DNA from: Cyanobacteria bacterium P01_D01_bin.156
Lineage (GTDB): Bacteria; Cyanobacteriota; Cyanobacteriia; Phormidesmidales; Phormidesmidaceae
Length of the DNA stretch: 15,213 nt
Assembly (NCBI GenBank): GCA_039024555.1
Contig: JBCCQQ010000099.1
Span: forward strand, 1 to 15,213
Direction of reading: 5' to 3'
The notes beneath the pieces are model-generated. The model was not told the DNA's origin, did not search any database, and saw only the letters and a program-made list of their open reading frames with translations. Position numbers and translations under genes: made by a program. This document shows, one piece after another, positions 8,878 to 15,213 of the stretch. Each line of letters opens with the position of its first letter. The first letter of the stretch is position 1.

Positions 8878-9642
8878 TTGAGCGATCCAGTATTAGTCGT
8901 GAAGGAGTTGACGGTTTACCGGGAGACTTATGCAGCGGTTCAGAATGTCTCGTTTACGGTGCCTGCTGGTATGGATACCGCTATTGTTGGTCCTAACGGA
9001 GCTGGCAAAAGCACCCTAATCCAGGCAATATTGGGTATCTTGCCACGGCAGTCAGGAGATGTCTTTGTCCTAGGGCAGCCGCTCTCTCCTAAAGGTAGAC
9101 TACCCGCAGAGATACGACAACAGATTGCTTATTTACCTCAGAATTTTCTGTTTGATCGCCGGATGCCCATTACTGTCAAGGAATTGGTGGGACTAGGCTG
9201 GGACCGCCTGAGCATACAGTTGCCCTGGTCTGGTGGGCGAGCGCGCCGTCATGCGGTGCAGCAGGCATTGACCCAGGTGGATGCTCTGCATTTGCGTCAC
9301 AAGCTCATGAGTATGCTGTCAGGGGGAGAACTCAAGCGGGCACTGCTGGCTTACTGTTTAGTACGGCCTCGGCGGCTACTGATTCTGGATGAGGCTCCAG
9401 CGGGGTTGGATGTGCGTAACGAATCGGAGTTTTATCAGTTGCTACACCGGCTTAAAAAAGAGCAGGGCTGGGCCATTTTGCAAATCTCTCACGATCTAGA
9501 TATGGTGCGTCGTAGTTGCGATCGCGTTCTCTGTCTAAATCGTACCTTACTCTGTCAGGGCACACCCGATAATTCTCTTACGCGAGAAAATCTCTCTCTA
9601 GCCTATGGCCCTGAGGCTGTTCGCTATCACCATTCTTGTTAG
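8878..9642 (+). CDS. znuC: Zinc ABC transporter ATP-binding protein
   Basis: Walker A GPNGAGKST, Q-loop YLPQ, LSGGE signature, Walker B LLILDE, SHDL. TTG start preceded by AGGAG. Confidence 0.93.
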   Translation: MSDPVLVVKELTVYRETYAAVQNVSFTVPAGMDTAIVGPNGAGKSTLIQAILGILPRQSGDVFVLGQPLSPKGRLPAEIRQQIAYLPQNFLFDRRMPITVKELVGLGWDRLSIQLPWSGGRARRHAVQQALTQVDALHLRHKLMSMLSGGELKRALLAYCLVRPRRLLILDEAPAGLDVRNESEFYQLLHRLKKEQGWAILQISHDLDMVRRSCDRVLCLNRTLLCQGTPDNSLTRENLSLAYGPEAVRYHHSC

Positions 9643-9661
9643 TTTTATAACTTTCTCCCCT

Positions 9662-10501
9662 ATGTCCATCCAGGCTGAATTTACCCGTGTGATTGAACTG
9701 CTCCAATTGCCCTTTATGCATCGGGCCATTATGGGTAGTGTTCTGACTGGACTAATGGGTGGTCTGATGGGAAGCTTTACCGTTCTCCGTCAGCTTTCTT
9801 TTTTTAGCGACACCCTAGGGCACTCATCTCTGTTGGGTATTAGCATTGGATTTTTGCTGGGTCTTGATCCTGGCTGGGTATTGTTACCCTTTGCGGTTCT
9901 ATTTGCATTGGGTGTGACTTATTTTCTGGAACGCACTCGTCTTTGGACCGATGCTCTATTGAATATTGTTTATTCATCTTCCTTAGCCATTGGCATTATC
10001 TTACTGAGCTTTCGTGATGACTACATGGGCGGTATCACCCACCTGTTGTTTGGTGATATTCTAGCTATGCGGACCACTGACTTAGCCTTGAGCGGAGTGC
10101 TACTGGTAGTGTGCACCATATTTGTTGGGCTAACGCTGCGTTCCCAAATTCTCCTGACGCTGCATGAACCCATGGCGATTTCTCGGGGTGTATCTGTCTC
10201 TGCCCAGCGTACGGCATTTATTGTTTTGTTATCCCTGGTAGTGGGCATTTCCATCAAAGCTGTTGGCGTTTTGTTAATTAGTGCGTTTGTGGTAATTCCC
10301 GCCTGTGCTGCCCGTCTCCTTAGCCGTACCTTTGTTCAGTACATCCTAATTTCATCAACCTTAGGTGCTTTAGGTGCTGTTTTCGGTATGATAGTCTCTG
10401 CCTTGTTCGATTTGCCCTCGGGACCCAGTATTGTTGCTGTTCAATTTGTTATCTTTCTATTCGCTATGCTGGTATCGAATACCCGTAAGTTAGCCTTGTG
10501 A
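9662..10501 (+). CDS. znuB: Zinc ABC transporter permease
   Basis: SDTLGHSSLLG, LFGDIL, VGVLLISAFVVIPA and PSGPSIV motifs of ABC-3 permeases. ATG 9662 is preferred over 9605, which overlaps znuC. Confidence 0.92.
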   Translation: MSIQAEFTRVIELLQLPFMHRAIMGSVLTGLMGGLMGSFTVLRQLSFFSDTLGHSSLLGISIGFLLGLDPGWVLLPFAVLFALGVTYFLERTRLWTDALLNIVYSSSLAIGIILLSFRDDYMGGITHLLFGDILAMRTTDLALSGVLLVVCTIFVGLTLRSQILLTLHEPMAISRGVSVSAQRTAFIVLLSLVVGISIKAVGVLLISAFVVIPACAARLLSRTFVQYILISSTLGALGAVFGMIVSALFDLPSGPSIVAVQFVIFLFAMLVSNTRKLAL

Positions 10502-10585
10502 ACCCGTGTCTGAAATCTTATGCATTTATCTGCTAGATAATATGCTGCATCTTTAATTCACTTTTTTGCTTCTGGAGTTTATTCC

Positions 10586-11584
10586 ATGACAGCCTCAATA
10601 TCCTCCTTAGCCACTAAACGAGGAATGCCCGTCACCATCATTACCGGGTTTCTGGGCAGTGGTAAGACAACCCTTTTGAATCATATTCTTAGCAACAACA
10701 AAGACCTGAAGGTTGCTGTTCTGGTTAACGAATTTGGTGATATCAATATCGACGGTCAGCTATTGGTGACGATGGATGAAGATATGGTTGAGCTCAGCAA
10801 TGGCTGTATTTGTTGCACCATCAACGATGATTTGGTAGACGCTGTCTATCGAATCATGGAGCGAGATGACCGGGTTGACTACATGGTCATTGAAACCACA
10901 GGGGTGGCTGACCCGTTGCCCATTATTCTGACGTTTTTAGGCACAGAACTGCGGGATCTTACCCGTCTAGATTCGATCGTTGCGATGGTGGATGCTGAAA
11001 CTTTCACACCCGATCATTTTGAGAGTGAGGCCGCGTTTAAACAAATTACCTATGCTGATGTTACAATCGTTAACAAAGTTGATCTAGTGTCGTCGGATCA
11101 GGTGAAAAAGTTAGATAGATATCTGAATAGCGTTAAGGCGGGGGTCAGGATTCTGCATAGTCAGCAGGGTCAGGTTCCTCTACGGCTAATTTTGGATGTT
11201 GGCTATAACAATCCTGAGGACTATGCTGGGCTAGAACAGGATCATGATCACAGTCATGAGCATCACAGCCATGAGCATCATCATCACTCATCCCACTTAG
11301 ATAATGACGGGTTCGTTTCAATCTCATTTGAGAGCGATCGCCCCTTCCAAATCAAAAAGTTTGAACACTTTTTACAAAATAGTCTTCCACAAACTGTATT
11401 TCGGGCAAAAGGAATCCTTTGGTTTGAAGAAAGCGACCTGCGCAACATTTTTCAGCTGAGCGGTCCCCGCTTTTCCATTGATGGAGAAGACTGGAAAACT
11501 CCTCCTCGAAATCAGCTTGTTTTTATCGGGCGACATCTCAATGGTCATGATATTCAGCAACAGCTGACGGCATGCCTAGCCTGA
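10586..11584 (+). CDS. COG0523 (CobW/Zng1 family) GTP-dependent putative zinc metallochaperone
   Basis: GFLGSGKTT, NEFG, GCICC (CxCC), ETTGVADP, NKVD, His-rich linker HDHSHEHHSHEHHHHSSH, and CobW_C motifs (FRAKG, LVFIG). Confidence 0.95.
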   Translation: MTASISSLATKRGMPVTIITGFLGSGKTTLLNHILSNNKDLKVAVLVNEFGDINIDGQLLVTMDEDMVELSNGCICCTINDDLVDAVYRIMERDDRVDYMVIETTGVADPLPIILTFLGTELRDLTRLDSIVAMVDAETFTPDHFESEAAFKQITYADVTIVNKVDLVSSDQVKKLDRYLNSVKAGVRILHSQQGQVPLRLILDVGYNNPEDYAGLEQDHDHSHEHHSHEHHHHSSHLDNDGFVSISFESDRPFQIKKFEHFLQNSLPQTVFRAKGILWFEESDLRNIFQLSGPRFSIDGEDWKTPPRNQLVFIGRHLNGHDIQQQLTACLA

Positions 11585-11739
11585 TTTTTCAAAGTTCGTC
11601 AGCTTAGCGTCATCGCTATTTTGGCGGTCAATTGCTCATCCGGCAATTGTACATTTAGTCTTTCAGTCCTTGATTGAAGGGGATTGATCGTTTTGCGATC
11701 GCTGAACAAATCAATCCAAAATTTACCCACGAGTTATTT

Positions 11740-12378
11740 ATGACCTTATCCATTTCGCCCGATGGCATTCGTAAGCAGTTAGTCAGTACTGAAGCGAAAG
11801 CTCCTGTTTCAGATGAGGAGATGCAGCAAGCCGTCCGCACCCTGCTTCTAGGTCTGGGAGAAGACCCTGACCGCGAAGGCTTGCTCGACACCCCAAAACG
11901 AGTGGTCAAAGCCCTTAAGTTTTTGACCTCTGGGTATCATCAGTCTCTTGATGAACTGCTCAATGGAGCTGTTTTTCATGAAGACGCCAGCGAAATGGTG
12001 CTGGTGCGCGATATTGATTTGTTTAGCTCTTGTGAGCACCATATCCTGCCGATTTTAGGTCGTGCCCATGTTGCCTACATTCCCAACGGCAAGGTGATTG
12101 GTCTCTCGAAAATCGCCCGCATTTGTGAAATGTATGCGCGACGGTTGCAGGTGCAAGAGCGCCTTACACACCAGATTGGTAATGCTCTCCAGGGACTTTT
12201 ACAACCTCAGGGCGTGGCAGTTGTTGTTGAAGCATCTCACATGTGTATGGTGATGCGTGGTGTGCAAAAACCTGGATCTTGGACAGTTACCAGTTCAATG
12301 CAAGGCGTGTTTGCGGAAGATGCCCGCACCCGTCAGGAGTTTATGGACCTGATTCGCCATAAACCCTCGATGCGCTAG
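11740..12378 (+). CDS. folE: GTP cyclohydrolase I (type IA)
   Basis: [38 protein letters not shown] and HMCMVMRGV motifs. ATG 11740 is preferred over TTG 11674. Confidence 0.96.
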   Translation: MTLSISPDGIRKQLVSTEAKAPVSDEEMQQAVRTLLLGLGEDPDREGLLDTPKRVVKALKFLTSGYHQSLDELLNGAVFHEDASEMVLVRDIDLFSSCEHHILPILGRAHVAYIPNGKVIGLSKIARICEMYARRLQVQERLTHQIGNALQGLLQPQGVAVVVEASHMCMVMRGVQKPGSWTVTSSMQGVFAEDARTRQEFMDLIRHKPSMR

Positions 12379-12414
12379 AAGATTTCGGCTCAAAAATTGA
12401 TTCATTCACTCATC

Positions 12415-12446
12415 AGGAGATAGTCATTATGGTTATCTCCTTTTTT
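12415..12446 (+). terminator. Intrinsic terminator of the hemB-znuACB-COG0523-folE operon
   Basis: AGGAGATAGTCA-tta-TGGTTATCTCCT stem (two G-U pairs) followed by a T run. Confidence 0.75.
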
Positions 12447-12456
12447 CGGTTTTCAA

Positions 12457-12500
12457 CAGCGTTCACCAGCTTATTCACTCGAATAAGCTGGTGAACGCTG
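12457..12500. repeat. Perfect 20-bp inverted repeat between convergent folE and PEP-CTERM gene
   Basis: CAGCGTTCACCAGCTTATTC-actc-GAATAAGCTGGTGAACGCTG. Confidence 0.9.
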
Positions 12501-12571
12501 GCTATTATCTCAGGTAGACAAAGCTACGTTCCAAGTCCGCTCCATTTATTTATTGAGGGCTTGAGTCCGTA

Positions 12572-13255
12572 TTAGCCTATTTTGGTCGCTCGACGACGGA
12601 TGAAGGTAACCGACAATAATCCTAGGCCAAGCAAACCTGTTGTTGGTTCAGGCACTTGTGTGGCAGTTAGCTTTTGCCCAAGTGTGTTGTCTGCCTCTGG
12701 ATCAGCCAGTACTTCGGCCTGAGTGCGTGTAAAGAATGCAATATCTAAATGTGGACGAGCTCCTCGCGTAAATCCTACTGGTAACTCTGGATACTCTTCA
12801 CCCCAGTCCGTTAAGTGAACGTGGGGGCTTGGCGTGCTGTCTGTAAATAAGTCACCTTTGGGGTTAGGCACTGAAAAGAAGTTTAGGTCCTCACCCCTAA
12901 CGCCACCAATGTTAATGCCCGATGGCGTATCCCATAGACCAGTCTGAAGAATCTCACCTGTGGTGGTATCAAAATTGAAGTTGAATCCATCAGTTGTGAT
13001 GTGGTTGTCTGGAAATGCCTCAATTAACACACCTTCTGGGGTAAAAAAGGCAACATCAAAGTTATCAAGATTTTCTGTGCGAATAATGCCATCTGCGGGA
13101 ACTAGAGTTTCATCGTAGCTAAAGCTGCCTTCGACGGTATAACCAAGTGTTTGACCTGTCCAATCTAGTTGAAAGGTAATGGCTTCAGCTGGAAGTGCGA
13201 TCGCAAGACTAATGGTAGTGATGGCAACGGGTACCAACTCTCTAGACAAGAACAT
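12572..13255 (-). CDS. PEP-CTERM sorting domain surface protein
   Basis: Signal peptide ending PAEA; C-terminal VPEPTT, hydrophobic helix and RRR tail. Confidence 0.9.
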   Translation of the reverse strand: MFLSRELVPVAITTISLAIALPAEAITFQLDWTGQTLGYTVEGSFSYDETLVPADGIIRTENLDNFDVAFFTPEGVLIEAFPDNHITTDGFNFNFDTTTGEILQTGLWDTPSGINIGGVRGEDLNFFSVPNPKGDLFTDSTPSPHVHLTDWGEEYPELPVGFTRGARPHLDIAFFTRTQAEVLADPEADNTLGQKLTATQVPEPTTGLLGLGLLSVTFIRRRATKIG

Positions 13256-13339
13256 GACAATTTTTCAGAATAAATCTATAACGTTTGTAGGTGTACGACT
13301 GCAGGTCCCAGTGCTCTTATCGACGTACATGCATTCATA

Positions 13340-13369
13340 AAAATATATTGCCTGTCAGGAGTGTGTCAA
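13340..13369 (-). promoter_or_regulatory. Candidate sigma70-type promoter for the PEP-CTERM gene
   Basis: TTGACA (13369-13364), then 16 nt to TATATT or 18 nt to TATTTT. Confidence 0.45.
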
Positions 13370-13636
13370 ACGACGGTATGTCAGAGAATGAAGTGATGTT
13401 GCAGCAGCGTTTAAGCGATCACTAGTTGCAATTTGCCCCAGAGCCAGAGGCTCAAGAGCGAGTGTGGTCGATAGCTAACTCTCGCTGTTTGTCACGCACT
13501 TAGAAGGTGCGGCACGATGACCTGAAAGCATGAGACGTTTCTTCAGCTCTAGGGTGGCCAAACTAAGCAACGCACAGATAAAACATCTGGTTTAGTGATG
13601 GGCGAAGCGTTTACGAGCGGTGTTCAAGGTGGTTAA

Positions 13637-14860
13637 CTAACGTTTTTGAGTGAGTGCCGGGACAATGCGATCGCACGCTAGCTTTGCACCAAACAAGTTT
13701 CTAGCAACGGGGCCTACTCGCAAAGCAGCGGCACCCCCCATAATAAATAGATTGCAGCCGGGCCACTGCAGGTGCTCGTTAAGAACCGGTAACCCTTGGA
13801 CATCAGCGAGTGGATATTGTTCTTTAACTGCAGACAACAACGGCCAATGATTAATATTCAGGGTGCTTCCTGTTGCTAACCAGATGCGGTCAATGGGCAG
13901 ATGCGCAATACAGTGATGGGCCTCTGGATGGTTGCAGCTAATCTGCCAGGCATTGTCCTGCCAGCTAGCAGACTGCACCTCGCACTGCTCATAAAACGAT
14001 ATTTTTCCGTCCCGTTCTAGCCGTCTCAGTTTTGTCAGCACTGCCGGTGTTAGGGAACCCCCATTGCGGGCATCGCGAATCATCTGCCAGCGATTTTCCC
14101 AGCTGGGTTCGGCGTGAAAGCCCTTGAGGTATTTAGGGCCTAGCCAACCAGGTTCGGCATCAAATAGCTTTTCATAAAAGGTGCGGCGGGCCATCATCAT
14201 TACTTGAGCACCTCGTGCGATCGCTCCCAACGCCAGGTGGCCACTGGTCAGTCCACTGCCAACAATCAAAATCTGTTCTCCCCGTAGTTGCAATCCGCGC
14301 AGGTCCACCTGATGGGAATGACATAGACGCTCGGGGGGATAGCTATTGGGAAGCGCTTGGGTCCAGTCGGGCACATGGGGAATGCCACCACCAATGGCTA
14401 ATACCACGTGCCTAGCCGTTAAGACCTGACCGTCAGCCATGGTCAATCGGAATTGCTTCCCTTGGCAAATAGGCTCAAGGTTCTTTACTTGGTTAGGAAT
14501 CACCCGATCCTGCAGCTGCCAGCGGCGGATGACTTCCTGACAAAAGTCTTGAAACAGCTGGGTACCTGGTAAATCGTAGGGTGGAAATAGTTCGTCGAAT
14601 CTCGACTCAACAAAGGATCGCAGGGCGTGGGGGTTAGGATCGGGATGATGAACGGCTGGCGATCTCAGGTGGGGAATTTCATAGGCCGCAAACTGATGCT
14701 TCCACTGCTGTAGCCATTGCCCTGATGGATCAAGGACAACAAAGCGATTGCGCATGGTCTGCTTCTTGCGCAGCAAGTGCGTGACCAGGGTTAACGCCTG
14801 AGGACCTGCCCCCACAATCGCTATATCAGTTGTCTTAGGCAGCACAGCCGCATGAGCCAT
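13637..14860 (-). CDS. FAD/NAD(P)-binding oxidoreductase (lysine/ornithine N-monooxygenase-like fold)
   Basis: IVGAGPQAL (FAD), LRSP motif, IVGSGLTSG (NAD(P)), WLATG, and GPVARNLFGA. Confidence 0.85.
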   Translation of the reverse strand: MAHAAVLPKTTDIAIVGAGPQALTLVTHLLRKKQTMRNRFVVLDPSGQWLQQWKHQFAAYEIPHLRSPAVHHPDPNPHALRSFVESRFDELFPPYDLPGTQLFQDFCQEVIRRWQLQDRVIPNQVKNLEPICQGKQFRLTMADGQVLTARHVVLAIGGGIPHVPDWTQALPNSYPPERLCHSHQVDLRGLQLRGEQILIVGSGLTSGHLALGAIARGAQVMMMARRTFYEKLFDAEPGWLGPKYLKGFHAEPSWENRWQMIRDARNGGSLTPAVLTKLRRLERDGKISFYEQCEVQSASWQDNAWQISCNHPEAHHCIAHLPIDRIWLATGSTLNINHWPLLSAVKEQYPLADVQGLPVLNEHLQWPGCNLFIMGGAAALRVGPVARNLFGAKLACDRIVPALTQKR

Positions 14861-14874
14861 AGGAAAAACTTAAT

Positions 14875-14902
14875 TGATAATGATTATCATTCTTGTATTA
14901 TA
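14875..14902 (-). promoter_or_regulatory. Perfect Zur box plus consensus -10 upstream of the oxidoreductase
   Basis: TGATAAT-G-ATTATCA at 14875-14889. TATAAT on the minus strand at 14902-14897 places the expected start site at the box edge. Confidence 0.92.
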
Positions 14903-15213
14903 GTTCACAGTAATTTTATTCCGTCAGCTTTTAAGCCAAATGCTTAGCTGGCCCTTTGTTGATCAAAATGTTGTTGTACGGAATGGAAGAAAGTCGAGCT
15001 GTTTGAGCAACGATACTTATCGCATAGTGGTATCGCAAATCCTATTTATGAAGACTCAATATTACACAGCTACCTGAAAGGGAGACACAACAGCTAAAGC
15101 GTATCTAGGACAGCTTCTATAGCTCTTAGCCCTCGTAAATGATACTCAATTTTGTTTCGGTCGAGTCTCATCAACGCCTGAACGTGTTTGTGGCAACGGT
15201 GCCAAAAAGGAAC

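Noticed and set aside
10586..11584. Calling the GTPase true cobW (cobalamin synthesis)
   Set aside because: No cob genes or B12 riboswitch nearby; the context is zinc and Zur.
15139..15213. Open frame MILNFVSVESHQ... running off the window end
   Set aside because: Only 25 codons, with no RBS or recognisable motif; cannot be supported.

Overview
Cyanobacterial DNA (at least ten HIP1 GCGATCGC octamers, cyanobacterial gene families) that is almost entirely a consolidated zinc-starvation (Zur) island. Three Zur boxes (TGATAAT-N-ATTATCA type, at 5457, 6300 and 14875) head three units. (i) Minus strand: thrS paralog (ThrRS-T2-like), DUF1636 protein, WD40 protein and TIGR02652/DUF2396 Zn-ribbon protein. 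(ii) Plus strand: Zn-independent hemB, znuA, znuC, znuB, COG0523 GTPase and folE, divergent from a zur gene that shares the box. (iii) Minus strand: an FAD/NAD(P)-dependent oxidoreductase followed by a PEP-CTERM surface protein. The left edge is accessory DNA: the left end and transposase start of an IS630-family element (missed by the ORF track) inserted into an AT-rich membrane-protein gene, which is followed by a degenerate attC-like site. Family assignments are from motif recognition only; no searches were run.
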